Source: Patescibacteria group bacterium (GTDB lineage Bacteria; Patescibacteriota; Doudnabacteria; UBA920; O2-02-FULL-48-8). Taken from it: DNA of 51,252 bases. The number at the start of each line of letters is the position of its first letter. Position 1 is the first letter of the stretch. The notes beneath the pieces were generated by a model. That model did no database searches, had not been told where the DNA came from, and was given only the letters and a program-made list of their open reading frames with translations. Location of the stretch: contig DASUKB010000003.1 of the NCBI GenBank assembly GCA_036278915.1, forward strand, positions 1 to 51,252, read 5' to 3'. Shown piece after piece: positions 7,803-16,320 of the stretch. Both the position numbers and the translations under genes were made by a program.

Positions 7803-9446
7803 ATGCCAATAATTACCATAATTCACATCATTGCTATAGCCATAAACATAATTCTAGCTATAGTGGTGATTCGAAATAGGCATAATCCAGCGAATATAAT
7901 ATTCGCTTTTTTGAATTTTTCCATTGCTTTTTGGACGATGGCAAATATCGAAACATCTCTAGTGGAATCTGCTAGCATGCAGCTATTTTGGGTGAGGATG
8001 GTCATGTTTTCCGCTGTTGTTTTATCCTCACTTTTTTACCTTTTTATTAAAACTTTTCCTGAGAGAAAATTTAAATTAAACAATTCAGAAAAAATATTTT
8101 TTTACCTTGTTGTGCCTCTAGTCGCTCTATTTACTCAGACCAGCTACGTATTTTCTGGAGTAACCAAGGCACCTGGCCAGCTTATACCAACGCCAATAGT
8201 AGAACCTGGTATAAGTATTTTTGGTATAACAGTATTAATTTGTATTGGATTAGGAATCATTCTGCTTGCAAGAAGGTACAGATTTTCAACTGGAGAACTC
8301 AAAGCTCAAATGAAGCTGCTTCTAATAGGAGTAGGGTTAATGTTTGCATTAATATTAAGCTTTGACTTCTTCGCTGTTGTTGTATTCCACGTAACTTTTT
8401 TTATCAGTTTAAGTCCGATTTACACAATGGTATTTCTTCTTTTGGCAACTTATGCCATTGTGAAATATCATTTGTTTAATCTTAAAGTTATTGGAACAGA
8501 AGCACTTATTGTTGGGATATCCATCGCATTATTTTCTCAACTTTTCACTGAAGATAATCCTTCACAGCGATGGGTTGAAGGTTTTATTTTAGTTTCTACA
8601 ATCTTGCTAGGTTATTTGCTGATTCGTAGTGTCAAGAAAGAAGTGGAGCAGAGGGAGCAGTTGGAAATTTTAGATAAGGAGCTTGAGGCGGCGAATGAGA
8701 AGCTTAAAGTCCTAGACAAAGCGCGGGCGGAGTTTATCTCCATTGCGTCTCACCAGCTGCGCACGCCGCCGGCAACTATCAAATGGTACCTGGCTGCGGT
8801 CACGGCCGGGGACTTCGGACCCGTGCCGGAAAAAGTCCAGAAGGCAGTCTCCACGGCCGAGATGACCAACAACAGCCAAATTTCGCTTATAGACGATTTG
8901 CTCAACGCCAGCCGCATAGAGCGAGGCAAAATGGAATTTGTGTTTGAGCCCACGGACATTCTCAAAATTACGCAGATCACCGTGGACCAGCTCACGCCCC
9001 AAGCTTTGCAGCGCAAGCAAAAATTACTCTACACGCCTCCCAAGGGCGAATTCCCGCAAGTCAACGCAGACCGGGAAAAGTTGCGGCAAGTTATAAATAA
9101 CCTCGTTGACAATTCCATCAAATACACGCCGACTGGCGGGTGGATTAAAGTTGAATTGGCTAAAACCGCAAAAGACGTGCAGATTCGGGTTTCCGACAAC
9201 GGCCGCGGTATAAAGCCTGGCGAGGAGAAAAACATTTTTACCAAATACGATCGCGGCGGCAAGAAAATGGATTCGCAGGGTCTGGGGCTTGGGCTCTATG
9301 TGGCGAAAGTCATAATCGAACAGCACAAGGGCAAAATCTGGGCCACATCGGATGGCGAAAACAAAGGCGCGACATTTACCATAAGCCTGCCGCTTAAGAC
9401 TGACCTCAAAAATTCCACCTTTGACCTGGCCAAACCTGCCAAATAA
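7803..9446 (+). CDS. sensor histidine kinase with multi-TM N-terminal sensor
   Basis: About 7 predicted TM helices, a coiled coil, H-box FISIASHQLRTPP, and N/G boxes (NLVDNSIKYT, DNGRGI, GLGLGLYV). The start is adjacent to the upstream stop. Confidence 0.9.
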   Translation: MPIITIIHIIAIAINIILAIVVIRNRHNPANIIFAFLNFSIAFWTMANIETSLVESASMQLFWVRMVMFSAVVLSSLFYLFIKTFPERKFKLNNSEKIFFYLVVPLVALFTQTSYVFSGVTKAPGQLIPTPIVEPGISIFGITVLICIGLGIILLARRYRFSTGELKAQMKLLLIGVGLMFALILSFDFFAVVVFHVTFFISLSPIYTMVFLLLATYAIVKYHLFNLKVIGTEALIVGISIALFSQLFTEDNPSQRWVEGFILVSTILLGYLLIRSVKKEVEQREQLEILDKELEAANEKLKVLDKARAEFISIASHQLRTPPATIKWYLAAVTAGDFGPVPEKVQKAVSTAEMTNNSQISLIDDLLNASRIERGKMEFVFEPTDILKITQITVDQLTPQALQRKQKLLYTPPKGEFPQVNADREKLRQVINNLVDNSIKYTPTGGWIKVELAKTAKDVQIRVSDNGRGIKPGEEKNIFTKYDRGGKKMDSQGLGLGLYVAKVIIEQHKGKIWATSDGENKGATFTISLPLKTDLKNSTFDLAKPAK

Positions 9447-9477
9447 ACGCCTCGGATGAGTCTGAGGCGTTTATTAT
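9445..9477 (+). terminator. rho-independent terminator
   Basis: AAACGCCTC(9445-9453)/GAGGCGTTT(9464-9472) followed by a T-rich tail. Confidence 0.65.
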
Positions 9478-9501
9478 CATTGGTGTTAGCTGGTTTTAAG
9501 T

Positions 9502-9509
9502 TGTATAAT
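9502..9509 (+). promoter_or_regulatory. extended -10 element (TGTATAAT), likely leaderless mRNA
   Basis: TGTATAAT ends 7 nt before ATG 9517 and there is no SD. Confidence 0.4.
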
Positions 9510-9516
9510 TCACACT

Positions 9517-10104
9517 ATGAAAAATGATTGGCAGGAGTATTACAACCTAACGCGAGACAGGGCGCCTTCAAAGCTTTTAATGAAAGCGTTGGGATACGTA
9601 AAGGATAAAGGTAGAGCCTTAGATTTAGGAGCTGGTGCGTTGAACGACACCAGATATTTGCTGAAGCAAGGTTTTAGCGTGTTGGCAATCGATAAGGAAC
9701 AACTACCCAAGGATGTATTGAAAAATATAACTTCCGCAAAATTCGTATTTAAGAAAAAACAATTTGAACAGTTTGAAATCCCTCGCAATCGATTTGATTT
9801 AGTGAATGCACAATACTCACTACCTTTTGTGAATAAAAATAATTTTGCGCGATTATGGCCAAAAATAGTTAACAGTTTGCGCCAAGGCGGAATTTTTACA
9901 GGTCAATTTTTTGGCATTGGTGATGACTGGAATGATAAATCAGGCAAGATGAGCTTTTTTGATCGCGAAGGTGTCCTCAAAAAGCTGGAATTTTTTCATA
10001 TTATAAGCTTAAAAGAAACAAAAAAAATAGCGCCTTTGGCACTTGGCGGTTCAAAATTTTGGCACTTGTTTAATATAATAGCGAAAAAAAGTGACGGGGA
10101 CTGA
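9517..10104 (+). CDS. class I SAM-dependent methyltransferase
   Basis: ALDLGAGALNDTRYLLKQGFSVLAIDKE motif I and a TehB-like layout. It appears to be a paralogue-like relative of 1292-1909. Confidence 0.75.
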   Translation: MKNDWQEYYNLTRDRAPSKLLMKALGYVKDKGRALDLGAGALNDTRYLLKQGFSVLAIDKEQLPKDVLKNITSAKFVFKKKQFEQFEIPRNRFDLVNAQYSLPFVNKNNFARLWPKIVNSLRQGGIFTGQFFGIGDDWNDKSGKMSFFDREGVLKKLEFFHIISLKETKKIAPLALGGSKFWHLFNIIAKKSDGD

Positions 10105-10128
10105 TGAAGCCCCCGCCGGTATTGTGGC

Positions 10129-10497
10129 TTAGATGTTCAACGCAACGACTGGTCCCTTGGTGGGCTTGCATGTCGTGCATGGCCGACGCGAACATTTCGA
10201 TCCCGACTGGGTTTCCTGCGAAAGAGGTTCATGGTGCAGGTAGTAGCCAAAGATGTTTTGGCAATCCCGCATGTAGCATCGGCTGTTCAGCATGTGCCGA
10301 TGCCATACTTCGTCCGCATCGGGTGTTGGTGACAATTCCTGTTCCGGATGATTTTTGCATGCGGTCAGGAATTCCCTGTACTCCTGGGCTGCTGTGAAGA
10401 AACGGGCAGGAGTCCAGTGGGCGTACTCTGTCTTGGCTGCGAGCTGCCGGAGGATGTCCGACAAGTCGAGCCGTTCGATTACGTCGTGGCTACACAT
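10129..10497 (-). CDS. hypothetical protein with GRDP/DUF1399-like DxVWHxHxL motif
   Basis: 122-aa ORF in a locally GC-rich patch. PDADEVWHRHMLNSRCYMRDC resembles the DUF1399 core. The overlapping plus-strand ORF looks like a shadow. Confidence 0.5.
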   Translation of the reverse strand: MCSHDVIERLDLSDILRQLAAKTEYAHWTPARFFTAAQEYREFLTACKNHPEQELSPTPDADEVWHRHMLNSRCYMRDCQNIFGYYLHHEPLSQETQSGSKCSRRPCTTCKPTKGPVVALNI

Positions 10498-10563
10498 AAA
10501 TTCCCCCTTTGGAATTTAACTAAGGATATCAGGTTTCAGACTTCAAGTAAAGGAATAAGAATT

Positions 10564-10592
10564 TTGACTTTTTGGTATCTTTTACTTATAAT
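10564..10592 (+). promoter_or_regulatory. sigma70-like promoter of the pilus operon
   Basis: TTGACT (10564-10569), 17-nt spacer, TATAAT (10587-10592). Confidence 0.55.
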
Positions 10593-10636
10593 AATTCAGT
10601 AAATTACTCAATAGAAACCCAAAACCAAAGCAAATT

Positions 10637-12394
10637 ATGGCAATTGAAGCACAGGAACTCAAGAAAGTCCTGGTCGCCAAAAAAATCGTAGCCGCCAAAG
10701 CCTGGGATGACCTGGCGCACGAGGCTGAAACCAAACACGAACAAATCGCGGATCTTTTGGTGGAGAAAAAGGTTATCAACGGCGAAAAATTGGCGCAGGT
10801 CATCGCCGCATTCTATGACGTGGAATACACCGACCTCACCGATGGTGCCCAGATTCCCAAGGACTTATTGCTGCTGGTGCCCGAACCCATAGCCCGCCGC
10901 TATGGGATTATTGCGTTTGGCCGCGACAAGAATAAACTCAAGCTGGGCATGACTGATCCAGAGGATTTGCAGACTCGCGAATCCATTAAGAAGAAAACGG
11001 ACCTGCAGATTGTGCCGTACTACATCTCCAAACAGTCGCTTGAGGCAGGACTCAAACAGTACCACAGTTCCCTGGAGGCGGAATTTGCCAAAATTGTAAG
11101 CAAGCAGGACACGGAGAAGGACAAAGACAAGGACAAAGACGCATCCGTCAACGACAAACTCCGCGAGATGGCGCAAGAGATCCCGGTCGTGCGCGTGGTG
11201 GACACGCTTTTGGAGTACGCGATCTTTGAAAAAGCCTCAGACATCCACATTGAGCCGCAGGAAAAAGAAGTCATGGTCCGCTACCGCATAGACGGCGTGC
11301 TTCACGACGTCATGACTCTGCCCAAAGTCATACAGCCGGCGCTGACGGCGCGCATTAAAGTTATCTCAAACCTCAAAATCGACGAACACCGCCTGCCGCA
11401 GGACGGCCGGTTTAAACTGGAGAAGGACGAATACAAAATTTCCTTCCGCGTGTCCACGATCCCAATTTTTGACGGGGAAAAAATCGTTATCCGCTTGCTG
11501 GACGAATCCGCAAAGGCGCTTAGCTTGGAAGAGCTGGGATTTATCCATCACAACTATGACGTCATTATGCGCAACATCAAAAAGCCCCACGGCGCGCTGT
11601 TGGTCACGGGTCCTACCGGATCCGGCAAATCCACGACCCTGTATACGATTTTGTCCATGCTCAACACCAAAAACGTCAACATCTCAACGATTGAAGACCC
11701 GATTGAATACCATATGACCGGCGTCAACCAGATGCAGGTTAACCCAAAAATCGGCCTGACATTTGCCATGGGACTCCGCGCACTTCTGCGGCAGGACCCG
11801 AACATTATAATGATTGGTGAAATTCGCGATGCTGAAACCGCGGAAGAGGCCGTGCACGCGGCCCTGACCGGACACATCGTGCTGTCCACGATCCACACCA
11901 ACAACGCCGCTGGCGGCGTGCCCAGACTTTTGGACATCGGCGTGGAACCGTACCTTATAGCATCCACCCTAAATGTAATCGTGGGCCAGCGCCTGACCCG
12001 CCAGATCTGCCCGGATTGCAAGGAGGAATACAAGGTAGACCATGACTTTGAGGAAAGCCTCAAGAAAGAATTCAATCTCCCCCAGCTTTTGGAAGTTCTC
12101 AAGCGCGAAAATTTTATTGATAAAAAAGCCAGCGGCTTGGCTGACCTTAAATTTTACAAAGGGAAAGGCTGTGAAAAATGCGACCATAGCGGTTACCGCG
12201 GCCGAAAAGGCATATACGAAGTGCTTGAGGTAACCACAGAAATTCAGGAATTGGTGCTCAAGCGCGCCCCAACTTCGCAGATTCAGGAAAAAGGACAGGA
12301 GCAGGGAATGATTCTTATGTGGCAGGACGGATTCATAAAATGCTTACAAGGCATGACCACGATTGAAGAAGTATTAAGAGTATCTAAAGAATGA
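10637..12394 (+). CDS. pilB: type IV pilus assembly ATPase PilB (GspE family)
   Basis: N-terminal T2SSE_N-like domain, Walker A GPTGSGKSTT, Asp box, Walker B IIMIGEIRD, His box, and tetracysteine CPDC...CEKC. Confidence 0.92.
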   Translation: MAIEAQELKKVLVAKKIVAAKAWDDLAHEAETKHEQIADLLVEKKVINGEKLAQVIAAFYDVEYTDLTDGAQIPKDLLLLVPEPIARRYGIIAFGRDKNKLKLGMTDPEDLQTRESIKKKTDLQIVPYYISKQSLEAGLKQYHSSLEAEFAKIVSKQDTEKDKDKDKDASVNDKLREMAQEIPVVRVVDTLLEYAIFEKASDIHIEPQEKEVMVRYRIDGVLHDVMTLPKVIQPALTARIKVISNLKIDEHRLPQDGRFKLEKDEYKISFRVSTIPIFDGEKIVIRLLDESAKALSLEELGFIHHNYDVIMRNIKKPHGALLVTGPTGSGKSTTLYTILSMLNTKNVNISTIEDPIEYHMTGVNQMQVNPKIGLTFAMGLRALLRQDPNIIMIGEIRDAETAEEAVHAALTGHIVLSTIHTNNAAGGVPRLLDIGVEPYLIASTLNVIVGQRLTRQICPDCKEEYKVDHDFEESLKKEFNLPQLLEVLKRENFIDKKASGLADLKFYKGKGCEKCDHSGYRGRKGIYEVLEVTTEIQELVLKRAPTSQIQEKGQEQGMILMWQDGFIKCLQGMTTIEEVLRVSKE

Positions 12395-12398
12395 TGAT

Positions 12399-12470
12399 AA
12401 ATTGACCTAATTACTAATTGACCTAATTTCTAAATTTTAGGTTAATTAGAAATTAGGAATTAGAAATTTC
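12399..12470. repeat. dispersed AT-rich palindromic element (TAATTAGAAATT family), copy A
   Basis: CCTAATTTCTAA (12422-12433) pairs with TTAGAAATTAGG (12446-12457). Both arms are duplicated: AATTGACCTAATTACT then AATTGACCTAATTTCT, and TAATTAGAAATT 12443-12454 then GAATTAGAAATT 12457-12468. Confidence 0.7.
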
Positions 12471-12474
12471 AATT

Positions 12475-13689
12475 ATGCCAGATTACGCCTACGTTGCCAA
12501 AACCAAAGAAGGGGGAGTGGAGAAGAATACGATTTTTGCGCTGAATGAAAAAGCCGCCGTGGATGTGCTGCGTTCAAAGGGGCTTTTACCCGTTTCGGTA
12601 TCAGTGTCCAAAAAGCAATTCGATGTCGGACAGTGGTTAAACTCCTTGTCATCCATAAAATTGCTGGATAAAATCACTTTTTTCAAAAACTTGTCAGTTA
12701 TGATCAAGGCCGGGCTGCCGGTTTCGCGCGCGCTCAAGATTTTAGCGGTGCAGACGACCAGTCCCAAACTTCAAAAAATTATCCTGGACGTTTCAAGAGG
12801 CGTTGAGTCGGGCACGAGCTTTTCGGACTCTATCGCCAAGTATCCCGGAGTTTTTCCGGACATTTCTGTAAGCATGATCCGCGCCGGTGAGGCTTCTGGA
12901 AATCTGGAGGCCAACCTTGAGTATCTTTCCGAGCAGATGCGGCGCGACTACGACCTCATCTCCAAGGCCCGAGGAGCCATGATCTACCCGATCGTGGTCA
13001 TAGTTGCGCTGCTCATTGTCGGATTTATAATGTTTACATTTATCCTACCCAAACTCACGGAAACGTTTAAGGAGTTCGACGTGGCCCTGCCATTGACTAC
13101 GCGCATCGTCATTGGCGTGGTCGATATTTTTGCCAAGTATGGGTTTTATATTATGGGTGTAGTTCTAGTCGGCGTGGGAGGATTTGTTTACTGGCGCAAA
13201 ACGCCAGCAGGCAAAGTCGTCGTACATAAAGCCGTGCTTTACATGCCGATTATTTCTGATATCGTGAAAAAAATTAATGTCACGAGATTCCTGCGGGTGT
13301 TTGTATCACTCATTAAATCCGGCATGCCTATGGTAGAGGCGCTTGAGGTTTCATCCAAAGTCGTGGGCAACATCTACTACCAGAAGGTCATCCGGGACGC
13401 GGCGAGCAACGTCAAAGTCGGACAGTCGGTGGTGACCGCGTTTAAAAAAGAACCAAGACTGTTTGCCACGCTGATTGTGGAAATGATGGAAGTCGGAGAG
13501 GAGTCGGGGACCACGGACGCGGTGCTTGGGGAAGTGGCAAATTTTTACGAAGCGGACGTGGACCAGACCATGAAAAATCTCTCGTCAATTTTGGAACCGG
13601 TGCTCATGATGATCATCGGCGCGGTGGTTGGTTTGCTCGCCGTGGCGCTCATAACGCCAATTTACTCAATTGGCCAGGGTATTAACTAA
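12475..13689 (+). CDS. pilC: type IV pilus platform protein PilC (GspF family)
   Basis: 404 aa with two T2SSF repeats and 3 TM segments. Typical FSDSIAKYPGVFP and ..EPVLMMIIGAVVG motifs are present. Confidence 0.92.
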   Translation: MPDYAYVAKTKEGGVEKNTIFALNEKAAVDVLRSKGLLPVSVSVSKKQFDVGQWLNSLSSIKLLDKITFFKNLSVMIKAGLPVSRALKILAVQTTSPKLQKIILDVSRGVESGTSFSDSIAKYPGVFPDISVSMIRAGEASGNLEANLEYLSEQMRRDYDLISKARGAMIYPIVVIVALLIVGFIMFTFILPKLTETFKEFDVALPLTTRIVIGVVDIFAKYGFYIMGVVLVGVGGFVYWRKTPAGKVVVHKAVLYMPIISDIVKKINVTRFLRVFVSLIKSGMPMVEALEVSSKVVGNIYYQKVIRDAASNVKVGQSVVTAFKKEPRLFATLIVEMMEVGEESGTTDAVLGEVANFYEADVDQTMKNLSSILEPVLMMIIGAVVGLLAVALITPIYSIGQGIN

Positions 13690-13691
13690 AA

Positions 13692-13700
13692 TGGTATAAT
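13692..13700 (+). promoter_or_regulatory. extended -10 promoter element upstream of pilM
   Basis: TGGTATAAT at 13692-13700, followed by the conserved leader described in the findings. Confidence 0.45.
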
Positions 13701-13783
13701 AAATTGAATTTATTCACCCCACCTCCGGCTCCTCCCCTCAAAAGGGAAGGAGGGTTCTAAGTTGAAGGAAACCAAAAAGCAAA

Positions 13784-14863
13784 ATGTTTGGACTATTTGA
13801 AAAAGATAAAATCAACGGCTTTGGCCTGGATATAGAGGAAACCTTGGTTAAGGTGGTCCAGCTTTCGTCTGCTTCCGGAAAAATTTCCGTGGCCGGTCTG
13901 GCCAAATCCGATTTGCCGGAACAGATTATAGCCAACCACGCGATTATCAATCCTGACAAGCTTTCGGCCTATATCCGCAAAACCATGCAGGAGGCAAAAA
14001 TCACGACGCCGTATGTGGTAGTGTCCATACCAGAAGCCAAATCGTTCGTCCGCCAAATCCATTTGCCGCAGATGGAGGAAAAACAAATTGAGACAGCGGT
14101 TCCTTTTGAATTTGAGCAAAACATTCCCGTGCCCATAGATCAGATTTATTTTGACTGGCAAATCCTGACGCAATCCGATGCCGGTTATGAGCTGCTCGTT
14201 ACGGCCACACCCCGAGATTACGTCGATTCATTGATAGATGTTCTGTCTCGGACCAAACTCAAACCTATCGCTTTTGAACTGGAATCCCAGTCCTCGGCCA
14301 GGGCGCTGTTGTCGGAAAAAAATGCCGGCGAAGCCGACCTTGTAATTGACATCTCGGAATTGCAGACTAGTTTCCTGCTCGTAGAAAAAAACAATCTTCA
14401 GTACACTTCAAGCGTTCCGATCGGCGGAAGGTCGTTTACGGAATCAATTTCGCGCAATCTCGGAATCCCGCTTCCCGAAGCCGAAGCAGCCAAACGCGAG
14501 CAGGGCCTCGTGGCCGATAGCAAGAAGCGCAATATCCGCCAGGCGATCTTGCCTATACTGGATAATATCGTGGACGAGATTAGGAATGTTATTCGGTTTT
14601 ATGACGAGCATTACAAAAGCCACCTGCCGTTGAAGCAAGTGCTCATCGTCGGCGGGGGAGCCAAGCTCATGGGGTTGTCGGATTATGTTTCCGCCCGTCT
14701 GAACTTGGGTTCCGTGCATGAACAGAGCCTGGTGACTTTGGGCGATAGCCTCAACCATCTGACGCCCGGGCCCACCCTCGCCAAGGTAGACGGCTTGACC
14801 TACTGCACGGCCATTGGTTTGGGTTTGCGCGCCTTGGGATTTAAAATTGACCTGGAAATGTGA
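13784..14863 (+). CDS. pilM: type IV pilus assembly protein PilM (actin-like ATPase fold)
   Basis: 359 aa. GLDIEETLVKVVQL start, position after pilC, and PilM-like ...VIDIS......LLV / IVGGGAKL motifs. Confidence 0.85.
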   Translation: MFGLFEKDKINGFGLDIEETLVKVVQLSSASGKISVAGLAKSDLPEQIIANHAIINPDKLSAYIRKTMQEAKITTPYVVVSIPEAKSFVRQIHLPQMEEKQIETAVPFEFEQNIPVPIDQIYFDWQILTQSDAGYELLVTATPRDYVDSLIDVLSRTKLKPIAFELESQSSARALLSEKNAGEADLVIDISELQTSFLLVEKNNLQYTSSVPIGGRSFTESISRNLGIPLPEAEAAKREQGLVADSKKRNIRQAILPILDNIVDEIRNVIRFYDEHYKSHLPLKQVLIVGGGAKLMGLSDYVSARLNLGSVHEQSLVTLGDSLNHLTPGPTLAKVDGLTYCTAIGLGLRALGFKIDLEM

Positions 14864-14864
14864 G

Positions 14865-15425
14865 ATGAAAGTTATAAACCTCCTCCCCAAAAGCCAAAAG
14901 AAAGAATTGGAGCTGGAATTCATAAGCCATCAGATACTGGTGTTTTGGATTATGGTTATTATCACTTTGGTGATGTTTGTGGCCGTGGCCTGGGTGTTTA
15001 AATTTTATATCGCGCAGGTTATCGCAAGCAATGACCAGCTCGTGGCCGAATCTCAGGCTAAAGTCGGGTCTGCGGAATACAAATCTTTGCATGATCAGAT
15101 TATCGGACTCAATGGCTCTGCCGCTGACATCAAAAATTTGGCGCGGCACCATTACGACTGGTCCGGTGCCCTTTACCAACTATCAGGGTTAGTGCCGGCA
15201 GAGGTGCAGCTGAACGACCTGCAGTTTGACGCAGCGACCGGAAAGGTCGATATAGACGGCCAGGCCAGAACCCGCCAGGATGTGCTGGACCTTTGGGCCA
15301 ATATTACCAATTCCCAGTATTTTTCTAAAATCAACTTTCCGCTTAGCAATCTTGAAAAGCCTGTTAATAGCAATTTCAGCTTTAGCTTTTATGCCAATAA
15401 GGATAAATTTATTGACCAGCAATAA
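14865..15425 (+). CDS. pilN: PilN-like pilus assembly protein
   Basis: ATG 14865 lies 2 nt after the pilM stop. MKVINLLPKSQKKE.. followed by a single TM is the typical PilN N-terminus. Confidence 0.7.
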   Translation: MKVINLLPKSQKKELELEFISHQILVFWIMVIITLVMFVAVAWVFKFYIAQVIASNDQLVAESQAKVGSAEYKSLHDQIIGLNGSAADIKNLARHHYDWSGALYQLSGLVPAEVQLNDLQFDAATGKVDIDGQARTRQDVLDLWANITNSQYFSKINFPLSNLEKPVNSNFSFSFYANKDKFIDQQ

Positions 15426-15434
15426 CTTTTGCCT

Positions 15435-16040
15435 ATGAATTCTCTCACGAAAATTATAATCACAAGCGTCTGTGCATTCATTGGGGCCATGGCATTGGTA
15501 CTGTTTTTGGCTAAACCGATTTTGGCCCAGATCGGGAGCTTGCACATTCAGGAGGGCAAACAGCAATCCCAATTGGCGCAACTCAACTCCCAATTGGACG
15601 CTTATGACCAAGCTAAAACCGAGTTGAAACAGGCAAATTACCAGGATACTTTGGATGCGGCCGTGCTCGCGCGCGAAGATTTGGCAGAGGTCCTAACAGA
15701 AGTCGAAGCCGACGCGGCCAAGACTTCGGTTACTGAAACGATCACCATAGATGATGCGGCAACTGCCAACACCGGCGCCAAAATCGCGCCAATTGTGCCT
15801 GGCGAGAAAAATCTCACCGAGGTTCCGTACACGCTCCGCTTCAATGCGACCTTTGGAGATACGGTGACATTTCTTCAATACCTGGAGCATCTGTCACATT
15901 TTACCGAAGTTTCTGGACTGGACTTTGCCGCGATAAGCGAACCAACGGACAATCCGGACGTCATCCCGCACGCGGACAACATATCTGGTACGATCTCGGG
16001 CGTATTTTTCGTTAAAAAAGAAACCGTAACTTCTAAATAA
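15435..16040 (+). CDS. pilO: PilO-like pilus assembly protein
   Basis: Single N-terminal TM followed by a coiled coil (QLAQLNSQLDAYDQAKTELKQ). Its position after pilN supports the call. The track ORF starts at TTG 15429. Confidence 0.6.
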   Translation: MNSLTKIIITSVCAFIGAMALVLFLAKPILAQIGSLHIQEGKQQSQLAQLNSQLDAYDQAKTELKQANYQDTLDAAVLAREDLAEVLTEVEADAAKTSVTETITIDDAATANTGAKIAPIVPGEKNLTEVPYTLRFNATFGDTVTFLQYLEHLSHFTEVSGLDFAAISEPTDNPDVIPHADNISGTISGVFFVKKETVTSK

Positions 16041-16044
16041 CAAA

Positions 16045-16320
16045 ATGGCCAGCCTCCCAAACGTCAAATTGCCGCACTTAAGCTTCCGTACAATCACATC
16101 AGCCGTGTTCATTTTGATCGTATTGGTGGAAGTTGGTTTGACACTTAATTATATTTACAAATATTTGAGTCCGGCACCGGTGCCCGGACCTACCCAGCAG
16201 ATAGTCTCTGCGGATCTTAAGTCTTACAATGAAATTTTTACTGATCTTCGCAATCGCGCCAACTATGAACCTCAAGAATTCAACTACGTCAATCCCCATC
16301 CGTTCAAATACGGACCCTAA
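16045..16320 (+). CDS. hypothetical single-TM protein in the pilus operon
   Basis: 91-aa ORF with one TM helix (AVFILIVLVEVGLTL), tightly spaced within the operon. Confidence 0.5.
   Translation: MASLPNVKLPHLSFRTITSAVFILIVLVEVGLTLNYIYKYLSPAPVPGPTQQIVSADLKSYNEIFTDLRNRANYEPQEFNYVNPHPFKYGP

Noticed and set aside
8712-9326. Minus-strand ORFs within the kinase gene (8712-9020, 8750-9016, 9024-9326, 9029-9262), and likewise those inside pilB (10865-12187) and pilM/pilN/pilO (13793-15890)
   Set aside because: They are antisense shadows in GC-rich coding sequence. The sense-strand products carry diagnostic motifs.
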